Shown here one piece after another: positions 1 through 9,785 of a stretch of DNA of 64,000 bases. Each line of letters opens with the position of its first letter. Position 1 is the stretch's first letter. The DNA lies in NCBI GenBank assembly GCA_963797605.1, contig CAWCPX010000009.1, positions 867,950-931,949 of the forward strand, read 5' to 3'. Both the position numbers and the translations under genes were made by a program. Under the pieces are notes generated by a model. It worked only from the letters and a program-made list of their open reading frames with translations, was not told the origin of the DNA and did not search any database. This DNA is from an uncultured Actinomycetota bacterium (GTDB lineage Bacteria; Actinomycetota; Actinomycetes; Mycobacteriales; Micromonosporaceae).

Positions 1-276
1 CACGTCGACCCGCTCGGATGGCAGCCACGCCGTGGTCGCGCGGTAACAGCGGCCGATCACCAGCGCGATGTCGTCCGAGTCGAGGCCGTCGGGGTGCGTG
101 TCTTCCAACAGCGATCGCAGCACGTCACCGAGCACACGGCCACCGGCGCGCTGGGTGGCCAACTCCGCGGTCGCGGCGACGTAGGCGGTGACGTCGGCAC
201 CGGCGGACGCGACGTCGACTGCTTCGGTCACGATGCGGACCAGGTCACGGGCCGATCGAGGAATGGTGCTCGCCAT
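1..276 (-). CDS. hypothetical protein, 5' part only (gene runs off the left edge)
   Basis: ATG at 276-274 on the minus strand. MASTIPRSARDLVRIVTEAVDVASAGADVTAYVAATAELATQRAGG... stays open to nt 1 with strong G/C at codon position 3. It is absent from the ORF track because no stop lies inside the window. Confidence 0.4.
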   Translation of the reverse strand, partial: MASTIPRSARDLVRIVTEAVDVASAGADVTAYVAATAELATQRAGGRVLGDVLRSLLEDTHPDGLDSDDIALVIGRCYRATTAWLPSERVDV

Positions 277-397
277 CCCCCCATCCTGCCCGGTGGGTAC
301 GACGATTCGGACCCGATCTCCTCCGTGCCACGAGGCCCTCTTGCCGCTTCGGCAAGATCCCTTGTGCGAGACGACGGCGCTGGGCGATGGTGCATCC

Positions 398-1123
398 ATG
401 AGCCACGGATCATCCGACCACGACCATCGACCGACCGGCGTGTTCAGCGCCGAAGACTGGGACGCCCGGTACGCGAGTGCCGACCAGGTCTGGAGCGGGC
501 TGCCGAACACGGCGTTGGTGACCGAGGTCGCCGGGCTCACGCCGGGCCGGGCGTTGGACGTCGGATGTGGCGAGGGTGCCGACGCGGTCTGGCTGGCCGG
601 GCGGGGATGGGACGTGACCGCGTTGGACGTCTCGCAGGTGGCGTTGGACCGAGCGGAGCGGCACGCCCGCGATGCCGGTGTCGAGGTGCGGTGGATCGCG
701 GGCGGCCTGGTCGGGGCTCCGATTTCGGCGGGCGCGTTCGATCTGGTCTGCGGTTTCTATCCGGCGCTGCGGCGCACCGCGACCCACGACGCCGAGCGGG
801 CCCTGATCGCCGCTGTCGCACCCGGCGGCGTGCTGCTGGTCGTACACCATGCCGACGTCGACACCGAAGAGGCGAAGGCGCACGGGTTCGATCCGGCCGA
901 TTACGTCAGCCCGGCCGATGTCGCCGCACTGCTCGGTGCGGATTGGCACGTCGCGTTCGACGAGAGACGCCCCCGTAACACGGCGACCGGCGCCGGGGCG
1001 CACCACACCCACGATGTGGTGTTGCATGCCCGGGCACCCGGCACATCGTCTGCCGTGTCGCCGCCCCGGACCTCGGCTCCCAGCGCGAGCAATGGAGCCG
1101 GACCGCCGACCTCATCCCGTTGA
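398..1123 (+). CDS. class I SAM-dependent methyltransferase
   Basis: Track ORF 188..1123. The internal ATG at 398 (MSHGSSDH...) precedes the SAM-binding motif ALDVGCGEGADAVWLA and the acidic loop VTALDVS. Confidence 0.85.
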   Translation: MSHGSSDHDHRPTGVFSAEDWDARYASADQVWSGLPNTALVTEVAGLTPGRALDVGCGEGADAVWLAGRGWDVTALDVSQVALDRAERHARDAGVEVRWIAGGLVGAPISAGAFDLVCGFYPALRRTATHDAERALIAAVAPGGVLLVVHHADVDTEEAKAHGFDPADYVSPADVAALLGADWHVAFDERRPRNTATGAGAHHTHDVVLHARAPGTSSAVSPPRTSAPSASNGAGPPTSSR

Positions 1124-2317
1124 CGAGAGCGCAGCCGTGAGGACCAACGGGAGCGGCAGCGGGGACTCGTCGGAAACGCGTTCACCGACGGCGGTGAGCC
1201 GGCCGCCGGACCATGACAGCCCGACGGTAAGCAGATGCGTCACCCCGTCGATCGGGATGCCCAACGACTGCCAATGCGTGCCGGTGAGGCGGGCCGTGTA
1301 CCCGTCCATCTCGTCGACGGTGCTTCCCGTGATCGCGATGCCGCCGGGCACGGTGACCACACTCGACAGCGCGCCCGCGTCTGAGGGCGCCGGGACCTGA
1401 CGCCAGCGGTGGCCGTCCCAGTGCGCGACCAGGGCGTGACCGAGGTCGTCCGGATCGAGCACCGCCCGCCCGACAGCCCAGATGTCGTCGGGCCCGTTCG
1501 CCGTGAGAGCCTGTATTTCACCGTTGACGCCGGCGTAGGTCAGTGACGGGGCCGCCGCCCAGACCTGGCCGTCGAAGTGCAGCAGCGCCGGCTGGTCCGC
1601 GCCGGTGTAACCGGCCGCCCACACGTCGGTACGCGAACGAGCGGACACGCTTTGCAGCACCATCTCCCGGCCGCCCGGGACCGCGGTGAGCTGCCAGCCC
1701 CGGCCGTCCCAGTGTTCGAGCAGCGCCTCGTTGTGCGTGACCTGGATCGTGCCGCCGGGTTTGTTCGGATCGGGCTCGGAGCTGTCGAGGATTTCGGCCC
1801 AGCCGGTGGCCCAGACGTCGTCGGCCGCGTGTGCGGAGACGGCGAGGAGCCCGGCGCCGACCGCGTTCGCCGGCACCGGGGCGTTGACCGTTCGCATGGA
1901 CGTGCCGTCCCAGTGCGCGGTCACGATCGAGCCGGCGGTCCGCGACAGGTCGCCGACGAGCCAGGCGTCGTGCGGGGACGCGGCCGAGACGGCGTTGATG
2001 CGATTGTGTTCGCCGAGCGCGTCGGTGGGCATGGCGGTCCAGCCCGGGCCGTCGTGATCGTTTCTCGTCATCAGGAGCGGACCGACGCCCGGGCTCAACG
2101 CCACTCCGTATGCCCAGGTGGTGTGCGTGTCGAGCTGGATCGCGTTGAACAGCACCCCGGAGACCGGCGGCACCGGTGCCGGGGTCCAGCAGACCTGCCC
2201 GGTTGCCGCCGACGCGGTGCCCGGGGTGAGAAAACCAAGAAGGGCAACGGCCAGAGCGATCGTTGGCACGGTACGCGTACGCGTGGCGGAATCGTTTCTC
2301 CGCGTTTGTATGGTCAT
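1112..2317 (-). CDS. secreted beta-propeller-like repeat protein (hypothetical)
   Basis: Last 401 codons of track ORF 1112..3037, starting at ATG 2317 (MTIQTRRND...). Signal peptide ALAVALLGFLTPGTASA. Recurring D-x-W-A/L-x-G blades (DAWLVGD, DVWATGW, DVWAAGY, DIWAVGR). Confidence 0.7.
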   Translation of the reverse strand: MTIQTRRNDSATRTRTVPTIALAVALLGFLTPGTASAATGQVCWTPAPVPPVSGVLFNAIQLDTHTTWAYGVALSPGVGPLLMTRNDHDGPGWTAMPTDALGEHNRINAVSAASPHDAWLVGDLSRTAGSIVTAHWDGTSMRTVNAPVPANAVGAGLLAVSAHAADDVWATGWAEILDSSEPDPNKPGGTIQVTHNEALLEHWDGRGWQLTAVPGGREMVLQSVSARSRTDVWAAGYTGADQPALLHFDGQVWAAAPSLTYAGVNGEIQALTANGPDDIWAVGRAVLDPDDLGHALVAHWDGHRWRQVPAPSDAGALSSVVTVPGGIAITGSTVDEMDGYTARLTGTHWQSLGIPIDGVTHLLTVGLSWSGGRLTAVGERVSDESPLPLPLVLTAALSSTG

Positions 2318-2412
2318 GCCGTCTGTTTGTCCGCGCCCACGGATCGGGTTCCCGCCGAGCGTCCGGGTCGCGTTCGCGGAACCGAAAGTCGCCGACCGGA
2401 CAAGCGGTAGAC

Positions 2413-2988
2413 ATGATGAGATCGGATCTGGAACCCACGGACGCCGAGGCGCTGGCCGGGCGGCCGGATGAGTTCGGCATCCTCTTCGAGCGACACGGGC
2501 GAGCGCTGTACGGGTATTGCGCCCGCCGTGTCGGCCCGGATCTGGCTGAGGACGTGGTCGCGCAGACGCTTCTGACCGCGTTCGAGCAGCGGCACCGGTT
2601 CGACCGGTCGGCGGAAACGGCCCGGCCGTGGCTGTTCGGCATCGCCAGCAACGTGCTGCGCAATCATCGACGCGCGGAGGTGCGTGGGTGGCGGGCCTTC
2701 GCTCGCACGGGAGCCGATCCGCTGGACGGGGTTCGCCGGGTGACCGACGGGATCGCGGATCGGGCGGACGAGCGGATCGACGCGGCGCAGGAGGTTCGGG
2801 CGATTGCCGGGGCGCTGGCGGCCATGCCAGCGGGGCAACGTGAGGTGCTGCTGATGTACGCCTGGTCCGGCCTCGACTACGCCGAACTCGCCATCGCGTT
2901 GTCGCTGCCGGTCGGCACCGTCCGCTCCCGCCTGCACCGGGCCAGGGCTCGGCTGCGAGACGCGCTACCAACCCGGCCCACGACCTGA
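2413..2988 (+). CDS. ECF-type RNA polymerase sigma-70 family factor
   Basis: Track ORF 2263..2988, ATG at 2413 (MMRSDLEP...). Region 2 (LYGYCARRVGPDLAEDVVAQTLLTAF) and region 4 HTH (LDYAELAIALSLPVGTVRSRLHRARARL). Confidence 0.9.
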   Translation: MMRSDLEPTDAEALAGRPDEFGILFERHGRALYGYCARRVGPDLAEDVVAQTLLTAFEQRHRFDRSAETARPWLFGIASNVLRNHRRAEVRGWRAFARTGADPLDGVRRVTDGIADRADERIDAAQEVRAIAGALAAMPAGQREVLLMYAWSGLDYAELAIALSLPVGTVRSRLHRARARLRDALPTRPTT

Positions 2989-2997
2989 TCGACGCTT

Positions 2998-4143
2998 GTG
3001 ACCTTTGAGGAGACAGACATGTTGAAGCACGAAGCATTTGACGCGGACGCGCCCGAGTTGCGCCTGCTGGCCGATGTTCGGCGCGAGCACGCCGAACCCG
3101 ACGCGGACACCATCGACCGCCTGCGGCACGCCGTCGCGCACGCCACCCGGCATCCGGCGTCGTCGCCCCCTCGGACGCGCCGGCCGTGGCGGGTCGGCAT
3201 CCCGATCGCCGTCACCGCGTCGGTCGTCGCCGCGTTGGCGGTGGCGGGCACGCTGACGACCGATCACCAGGGAGAGCGGCCGAGGGTCGCCACGACCGCG
3301 CGCTCACCGCTGGTCTCTGCCGGCGATGACGCCCAGGTGATGATGACGCTCGCTGCCCGGGTGACGCTGACGGCGCCGGCGCTCGCCCCCCACCCGGGGC
3401 AGTACGTCTATCGGCGTACCACGTCGAGGGACCTCGGCGCCTACACGTTCGCCGCCGGCACCGTCAACGTCTTCACCTCGCAGCAGCGGCAGGATTGGCT
3501 GGACCCGCGTCGGGGCCTGGTCAGCGCGCGCTATATCGCGACCGAGCGCATCGTCGGCCCGGTCACACCGCAGGACGCGCGGCTCGCCGCCGAGGTCGGT
3601 TTCGACCTGCACGCCGCGCCGAAAACGATCGACTCGGATCACCCGGAACCCGGAGGGAAGGGCGAGGCGTCGTCGCCTCCGCGGGCGCCGGGCATGCGTA
3701 ACCCGACGCCGGCGTATCTGAACAGTCTGCCGACCGATCCGGTGTCGCTTCTGGCCACGATCCGCCGTGCCGCCAGCGCCGAGGGAAACGTGAAATGGTC
3801 GACCGACAAGACGGCGTTCGACATGGTGCGCGACCTGATCTCGTGGGGCGATCCGCTGCTGTCGCCGCAGTTGCGTGCGGCGCTCTACCGGGCGGTCGCC
3901 CTGATGCCGGGCGTCCGCCGGGTGCCGGGCGCGACGCGGACGGACGACGGGCACACGGGCGTGGCGATCGGTTTCGCGGAAGGAAACGTACGCGAGGAGA
4001 TCGTTTTTGATCCGGTGAGCTTGCGGCCGCTCGGTGCCCGTGACGTCACGCTGACGGCGGCCGATGGCGTGCCCGCCGGCACCGTCATCTCGACGTCGTC
4101 GTTCACGTTCGCGGTCGTGGACGGCGTCGGCCAAACCAGCTGA
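2998..4143 (+). CDS. putative anti-sigma / sigma-associated membrane protein
   Basis: Begins 10 nt after the ECF sigma stop. One TM segment (IPIAVTASVVAALAVAGTL) follows a short cytoplasmic N-terminus, with a large extracytoplasmic domain after it. The start may instead be ATG 3019. Confidence 0.6.
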   Translation: MTFEETDMLKHEAFDADAPELRLLADVRREHAEPDADTIDRLRHAVAHATRHPASSPPRTRRPWRVGIPIAVTASVVAALAVAGTLTTDHQGERPRVATTARSPLVSAGDDAQVMMTLAARVTLTAPALAPHPGQYVYRRTTSRDLGAYTFAAGTVNVFTSQQRQDWLDPRRGLVSARYIATERIVGPVTPQDARLAAEVGFDLHAAPKTIDSDHPEPGGKGEASSPPRAPGMRNPTPAYLNSLPTDPVSLLATIRRAASAEGNVKWSTDKTAFDMVRDLISWGDPLLSPQLRAALYRAVALMPGVRRVPGATRTDDGHTGVAIGFAEGNVREEIVFDPVSLRPLGARDVTLTAADGVPAGTVISTSSFTFAVVDGVGQTS

Positions 4144-4147
4144 CGCG

Positions 4148-5005
4148 TTACCTGCCGGCGGCGCCGGCTGTCGCGGTGGCCTCCGGGTTGTCCGTGGCAG
4201 CGGCGCCGTCGGTCGTTGTGACGCTGTCGCCATGCTCGTCGTCGGGATGCCGGTCGACGAGTTTGAGCAGCCGCTTGCGTCGCCGCCACACGGCCAGGAA
4301 CGCGCCACCGCCGACGGTCACGATCGACGCCCACGTCTCCCACTCGGAGAAGACCTGCTCGACGGTGTAGGAAAAGGTGCGGCCGACGGCGATCGACAGC
4401 GGCACATCGACGGTCTTGACGCTGTTGTCCGACAGGATGACCTCGATGTGCGCGGTGACTTCGAGGTCGTCGGTCGGGTGCTTGGGATGCAGGTACCAGG
4501 TCCAGAGCAACTGGATGTCGCTGCCCGTGGACGCGTTGATCGCGGTCGACGGGTCGACGGACGCGTCGGCGGTGTCGACCTCGAGCGTCGCGGACACGTG
4601 CGGGCCGACCGCGACCGTGCCAGCGGAATGCGTCGACGTCGACGGCAGCAGCGACTGAATATCGTTGGCGAGGGTCGTCGAGTCGCCGATGGACAGACCG
4701 ATGCGGCTCGTCTCACCGGCCCGCAGTGACGAGGGCGTGTGCCACGCGGCCTGAGCCGTCACGAGCTGACTCAGTTGCTGGTCGGTCTGTTGGAACAGCG
4801 GTGGTGCGCTCTGGCCCGCCGAGACGATCGGGTCGGGCTCGCCGGACGTGTGGGTGCCGCCGGGAGGTTGGGCGCCACTCGTGGAACCGTTGTCACCACC
4901 GCAGCCGACCAGCACGAATATGGACAGGGCGAGGACGGCGGCGGCGACCGGGGCCGCGGGCCGAAGGGACGTCGCCCATCGAATGCGCCGTGATGCTACG
5001 GACAC
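4148..5005 (-). CDS. lipoprotein with C-terminal membrane anchor (hypothetical)
   Basis: GTG start. Signal peptide with lipobox (AAAVLALSIFVLVGC-GG) and a C-terminal TM segment (ASIVTVGGGAFLAVW) followed by RRRKR. Confidence 0.65.
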   Translation of the reverse strand: MSVASRRIRWATSLRPAAPVAAAVLALSIFVLVGCGGDNGSTSGAQPPGGTHTSGEPDPIVSAGQSAPPLFQQTDQQLSQLVTAQAAWHTPSSLRAGETSRIGLSIGDSTTLANDIQSLLPSTSTHSAGTVAVGPHVSATLEVDTADASVDPSTAINASTGSDIQLLWTWYLHPKHPTDDLEVTAHIEVILSDNSVKTVDVPLSIAVGRTFSYTVEQVFSEWETWASIVTVGGGAFLAVWRRRKRLLKLVDRHPDDEHGDSVTTTDGAAATDNPEATATAGAAGR

Positions 5006-5344
5006 GACTGGTCAGCCCTTCTCAATGGGAGATTCGCTCGGCGAGGTGACGCACAGACTAGGGGTTCGAGTCGACACGCGCCACCCGCGGCGCCGCGTCG
5101 CGCCGAAGGCTGCCGTGCGCGGGTACGCCACCATCCCGACCGCCGCCGGTCTCGACGCGCTCGGATCGCTGCTGCGGCACCACCGGTGTGAAGCTGCCCG
5201 GCCGACGCGCCCGCGATGCCCGAGGCGGACCTGGCCGGCGGCGCGGTGTCGTTTGCGGAGTCGTGGCGCCACCGGCGCGTCGAGGTCGCCCAGCGGATCG
5301 TCAAAGTCGAACATCTCGAAGGGTCGCCAACTGTTGCCCTTTGA

Positions 5345-5937
5345 GTGAGCGATAGTGTGTTGGTGAACTTGAAGGAGTGGGCGTTGGCGCAGGGTGTGCA
5401 TCCTGTGACGGCGTACCGCTGGTTCCGGGAGGGGAAACTGCCAGCTCCCGCTCGCCGCGCGGGTCGCCTGATTTTGGTGGATCTGGATCTGAAACCGGCC
5501 GAGGTGGGTGTGGTGGCAGCGTATTGCCGGGTCTGGTCGGCCGACCAGAAAGGTGACCTGGAGCGGCAGGTGGGCCGGGTGGTGGTCGGTGCGACCGGGC
5601 TGGGATTGGCTGTGGGCCGGGTTGTCAGCGAGGTCGGGTCGGGCGTGGACGGGCACCGCCGTGAGCTGAGCAAGCTTCTGTCCGACCCCAGCGTTACGGT
5701 CATCGTGGTGGAGCATCGTGATCGGCTGACCCGGTTCGGGTTCGAGTACGTGGCTGCGTCGCTGGCTTCGTGTGGCAGGCGGATCGTGGTGCTGGATGCG
5801 GGCGAGAGCGTGATGGCCTGGTCCGGGATGTCACCGAGGTGCTGACCGGTCTGTGTGCTGGCCTGTACGGGCATGGTTCGGCGTCGCGTCGGGCGGCGCA
5901 GGCGGTCGCGGTCGCCACCGGCGGGGGGGTGGTATGA
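5345..5937 (+). pseudogene. tnpA: IS607-type serine recombinase TnpA, frameshifted and with a substituted nucleophile
   Basis: HTH NLKEWALAQGVHPVTAYRWFREGKLP. The catalytic motif reads YCRVWSADQ (TGG at 5534-5536 where the nucleophile Ser codon is expected). The frame breaks near 5810-5812; the next frame continues DGLVRDVTEVLTGLCAGLYGHGSASRRAAQAVAVATGGGVV* and ends in ATGA with tnpB. Confidence 0.75.
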
Positions 5938-7361
5938 GTACCGTGACGGTGATGCAGGCATACCGGTTCGCGTTGGACCCGTCCCCGGGGCAGGCCCGGG
6001 ATCTGGAGCGCCACGCCGGGGCGGCCAGGTTCGCGTTCAATTGGGCTTTGGCGGCGGTGCGGGTCAACATCGGTCAACGCGCCGCGGAACGCTCCTACGG
6101 CCTTGACGGTGATGAGCTCACCCCGAGTCTGGGATGGAATCTGCCGGCGTTGCGGCGAGTCTGGAACCAGGCCAAGGGCGAGGTTGCCCCGTGGTGGGCG
6201 CAGTGTTCCAAGGAGGCGTTCAACACCGGTCTGGATGGGGTTGCCCGGGCGTTGAAGAACTGGAGCGAGTCCACATCGGGTAAACGTCGCGGCGGCAAGG
6301 TTGGTTTCCCCCGGTTCAAGTCCCGCCGCGCAACGACACCCAGCGTGCGGTTCACTACCGGGACCATTCGCCTCGCCGCTGATCGTCAACATGTGACCCT
6401 GCCGAGGGTCGGCACGATCAAGACCCACGAGTCGACCCGTAAACTCGCCCGCCGCCTTCAGGCCGGGACCGCCCGGATTCTGTCGGCGACGGTGCGCTGC
6501 GAGTGCGGCCGCTGGTACTGCGCGTTCACCGTCGAAGTCGCCCGCCAGGTGCCGGCCCCGGCCCGGGCCGGCGCGGTCGTCGGAGTGGACCTGGGCATCA
6601 CCACCCTGGCCGTGCTGTCCACCGGGCAGGCGGTACCCAACCCACGGCACCTGACCAAAGCTTTGCGCCGGCTGCGTAGGGCTGCCCGTAGGTTGTCCCG
6701 GCGTCACGGCCCCGACCGGCGTACCGGCCAACAACCCTCCGCACGGTGGGAAACCGCGCGCCACGATGTCAACCGCATCCACACCCGGGTGCGGGACCTG
6801 CGCAAAGATGCGCTCCATAAGCTCACCAGCTCTTTGGCGACGACCTACGGCACGGTCGTCGTGGAAGACCTCCACGTCGCCGGGATGCTCACAAACCGCA
6901 GACTAGCCCGACACATCGCGGATGCGTCCTTCGGTGAGATCCGCCGGCAACTCGACTACAAGACCTCCTGGAACGGCGGCCAACTCATCGTCGCCGACCG
7001 GTGGTTCCCCTCCTCCAAAACCTGTTCGGCGTGCGGCCTGGTGAAACCCAAACTGAGCCTCGCGGTCCGAACGTTCACCTGCGAGCACTGCGGTCTGACC
7101 CTCGACCGGGACCTCAACGCCGCGATCAACCTCAAGCACTACGTCGACCTGGAGTGGCCGGGCGACGCTAAAACAGGGCGCGGAGCCGACCAGAAGACCA
7201 AGCCCAGCTTGGCAGGTGGCTATGAAACGCCAACCCCGCACCACCACGGTGGACAAGACAGGGACCGCCGGCTGGAAACAGCCGACTGCGGGCAGAGGCT
7301 TACACATGCTCACTCACTCGCAACGGTACGAGCACTTCGAGCGCGACGACGAGACCGCTGA
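5934..7361 (+). CDS. tnpB: TnpB (RuvC-like, zinc-ribbon, RNA-guided-nuclease family)
   Basis: Track ORF 5853..7361, ATG at 5934 (MSTVTVMQAYRFALDPSPGQ). RuvC residues in VGVDLGITTLAV, VVVEDLHVAGM and DRDLNAAINL. Zinc ribbon CSACG...CEHCG. No internal disruption. Confidence 0.85.
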   Translation: MSTVTVMQAYRFALDPSPGQARDLERHAGAARFAFNWALAAVRVNIGQRAAERSYGLDGDELTPSLGWNLPALRRVWNQAKGEVAPWWAQCSKEAFNTGLDGVARALKNWSESTSGKRRGGKVGFPRFKSRRATTPSVRFTTGTIRLAADRQHVTLPRVGTIKTHESTRKLARRLQAGTARILSATVRCECGRWYCAFTVEVARQVPAPARAGAVVGVDLGITTLAVLSTGQAVPNPRHLTKALRRLRRAARRLSRRHGPDRRTGQQPSARWETARHDVNRIHTRVRDLRKDALHKLTSSLATTYGTVVVEDLHVAGMLTNRRLARHIADASFGEIRRQLDYKTSWNGGQLIVADRWFPSSKTCSACGLVKPKLSLAVRTFTCEHCGLTLDRDLNAAINLKHYVDLEWPGDAKTGRGADQKTKPSLAGGYETPTPHHHGGQDRDRRLETADCGQRLTHAHSLATVRALRARRRDR

Positions 7362-7413
7362 GCGACCGGTGGTGGTGTTTCGGTGGGAGTCGCGTACGGA
7401 GATAGCCGAGTAG

Positions 7414-7953
7414 TCAGACCCGGCCGAAGAACCAGGTGCCGACGGCGTTCTCGTCGGCGCCGACGTAGAACTCGCGGACCGCCACGATCATCTCGTCGAG
7501 GGAGAGCCGACCGTCGCCGTCGAGGTCGAGCCGGTCGAACGCGAAATCGCTCTCCTCGGCCGTCGTGCCGAAGGCCTGCTGCATGACGGCGAATTCGGCC
7601 CGGCTGACGTACCCGTCGGCGTCGGTGTCGGCCAGTTCCAGGACGGCCATCGCGCCGGGCCGGAACAGGTCGTCGAACGCGCCGTCGGGCTGGCCGAAGC
7701 CGGCGAGCATGCCGTCGCGGTACTCCTGTGGGCTCAGCCGCTTGTCGCCGTCGGCGTCGACGAGGCCCTTCCAGAATCCGCTGAAGCCGTCGACGATTTT
7801 CTGCGCCCTCGGGTCGTCGAGACCGACGCCGAAGTTGGCCAGGAGCCGGACGCCCAACTCGCCCAGGTCGCGCTCCTCGACGTAACCGTTGCGGTCCACG
7901 TCGAGATGGTTGAACGCCTTGTCCAGTTTCCGCTGCTGAATGATGGTCGCCAT
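7414..7953 (-). CDS. EF-hand calcium-binding protein (calerythrin-like)
   Basis: ATG 7953 (MATIIQQRKLDKAFNHLDVDRNGYVE...), 179 aa. EF-hand loops DVDRNGYVEERD, DADGDKRLSPQE, DTDADGYVSRAE and DLDGDGRLSLDE. AT-rich upstream region. Confidence 0.85.
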   Translation of the reverse strand: MATIIQQRKLDKAFNHLDVDRNGYVEERDLGELGVRLLANFGVGLDDPRAQKIVDGFSGFWKGLVDADGDKRLSPQEYRDGMLAGFGQPDGAFDDLFRPGAMAVLELADTDADGYVSRAEFAVMQQAFGTTAEESDFAFDRLDLDGDGRLSLDEMIVAVREFYVGADENAVGTWFFGRV

Positions 7954-8333
7954 AGCCACAGAAAATACGACTAACAGCTTTTTTAGGTCAATAGCGGACA
8001 CTCGAACGGGTACCACACCGTCGACCACGCGTGAAGCGTCCGCGAAATCTCATGGTTGTCTCGCTGTGATCTCGGGGTTATGCCCGTCGTGCTCTGCTCA
8101 CCCCGAGGCATCGCACACGCCGAGTGACCACTCGCGGATCAAGGCGACGCGGCGCGAATCGCATCTTCACAGCTCGCTGGGGCTGTGCCTATGAGTGAGC
8201 AGAGCAAAGCGCGCAGCAACACGTCTTGCCTCCGCCAGGGAACCACTACGCTGCGTCACCCGACCGAGCATCACATAGCGTGACCGACGACGGCACCACG
8301 CCAGAATCCGAGTGCATCGGGGCGACGCGACGG

Positions 8334-9785
8334 CTAGGAGTCACTGAACACGGCGTGACGCAGCCGGTGCTTCGCGGCTCGCTGGCGGGCCCGGTCGAGG
8401 TCGGCGAGCGCGCGATCACCGGCGGCGGCCTCCCGGGCGAGCAGGATGCCGTAGGTGAAGGCGTTGTCACCGTCCAGATGCGCGCGGACGCCGAAATCAC
8501 GCATGACCTCGGCCGCGACCACGCTGTCCTGATGCGCGCCGAGCACGTCCTGCAGATCACCGATCCGCTTGGCGAACTGATGGGCCGGGCGCCCGACAAT
8601 CGGCTCGATCACCTCGATGGCGTACCGAGCGCGTTTGTACGCCTTCCGCGCCTCGTGGAACGCGATGTCGCCGTCATCCGTACGCGGCCGCAACGTCGCT
8701 TCCTCCAAAAGGCGATCCGCGCGCCGGACCGCACTCCGGGCGCGCCGACGCAACTGCTGGTCGGAGGCGTTCGGGCCGGGGTAGCGGATGACGTCTTCGA
8801 GCGCGCGCAGCAGACCGGCATAACGGTCGCTGCCGAAGGCGTCGAGCAGTTCGACGGTCGCTCGGGCCTCGTCGGCGAGCAGACGTTCGTCAATACGTCC
8901 TCGGACCGGCCCGAGGACCAACTCCGGTGGCACTTTCTTGACCGCCCGATCGAGATGGGCGCGCAGCATCTGGCTGTCCCGCACGGCGCCGAGAAGTCCG
9001 GCCAGCCAACGCAACTCGGCCCGCAACGGTTCGCTGCGGTCGCGGTCCAGCACGAGACGGTAGGTGCGCAGCGTGGCGCGAGCGCGGCGGATCGCGACCC
9101 GCATGTCGTGCACGCCGTCGGGATCGCTCCGGCGCACCAGCGCGGCGTTGCTGAGGACCGCGGCGTGCTGGGCCCGCAGATAGGTCAAAACGACCGTGGA
9201 GGCTCCGAGCGCCCGGGCGAGTTTGAAGGGCGACGTGGCGGGTCGTACGCCCACGTCGCGGAGTATGGATTCGATCGCGTCGAGAAGGGCGGGCGTGCCG
9301 GCGACGAGTTCGACCTCGAGTTCGTGCCACTCGGTCGTCTGCCTCGGGGCGAGGATCCGGTCGGCGGTCACCATGTCGTCGGCGAGAACGGCGAGAGGGT
9401 TTCCGGCGCTGTCGCGTACGGTCGTTTCGCGGCGGTGATTGCGGATCCGGGCTATCGGTTCGAGCGGCGCCCCACCGGTGATCGCGCGGACTTCGCCGGT
9501 CAGTGAGTCGGGGACGTCCGTGGACAGGTCCTCGTGGGTTTCGGTCCGGCCGACCGCTGTGGTCCGTTTCAGGTGCCAGCCGGCGTCGGCACCGCCTTCC
9601 CGTCGTCGCAGTGTCGTCGCGTCCGCCGTGAGCCTCAGGTCGTCAGTGTCGTAGTAGATGGCGTCCAGGTCGACCTCTTCGGGGCCGGTGACCGCGGCGA
9701 CGCCGGGCAAGGTCGTGAGATCAGGCAACACGAACGCCGCCGGTACGGTGTACTTCCGCTCGATCTCCGTTGTCGTCGTCGCCAC
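8334..9785 (-). CDS. CYTH and CHAD domain-containing protein
   Basis: GTG start behind AAGGGGGAG. The N-terminal EIERKY motif is typical of CYTH. The long Arg-rich helical C-terminal half is typical of CHAD. Confidence 0.8.
   Translation of the reverse strand: MATTTTEIERKYTVPAAFVLPDLTTLPGVAAVTGPEEVDLDAIYYDTDDLRLTADATTLRRREGGADAGWHLKRTTAVGRTETHEDLSTDVPDSLTGEVRAITGGAPLEPIARIRNHRRETTVRDSAGNPLAVLADDMVTADRILAPRQTTEWHELEVELVAGTPALLDAIESILRDVGVRPATSPFKLARALGASTVVLTYLRAQHAAVLSNAALVRRSDPDGVHDMRVAIRRARATLRTYRLVLDRDRSEPLRAELRWLAGLLGAVRDSQMLRAHLDRAVKKVPPELVLGPVRGRIDERLLADEARATVELLDAFGSDRYAGLLRALEDVIRYPGPNASDQQLRRRARSAVRRADRLLEEATLRPRTDDGDIAFHEARKAYKRARYAIEVIEPIVGRPAHQFAKRIGDLQDVLGAHQDSVVAAEVMRDFGVRAHLDGDNAFTYGILLAREAAAGDRALADLDRARQRAAKHRLRHAVFSDS

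Larger units (their letters stand above)
5330..7410 (+). mobile_element. IS607-family insertion sequence (tnpA-tnpB); ends approximate
   Basis: MerR-HTH serine recombinase gene, then a TnpB gene joined by an ATGA overlap. This family has no terminal inverted repeats, so the boundaries are inferred only from the flanking genes. Confidence 0.7.

Noticed and set aside
5012-5340. Coding-like stretch on the minus strand (…MFDFDDPLGDLDAPVAPRL…) next to the IS607 left end, considered as a gene disrupted by the insertion
   Set aside because: It has no clean ORF, no recognisable family, and the frame appears to drift. The only in-frame start would lie inside the IS. It cannot be supported without a database search.
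5700-6875. 391-aa ORF on the minus strand
   Set aside because: It is antisense to tnpB, whose RuvC and zinc-ribbon motifs are unambiguous.
8226-9506. 426-aa ORF on the plus strand
   Set aside because: It is entirely antisense to the CYTH-CHAD gene. Its composition is Arg/Gly/Val-rich, typical of the wrong strand in high-GC DNA, and it has no recognisable motifs.
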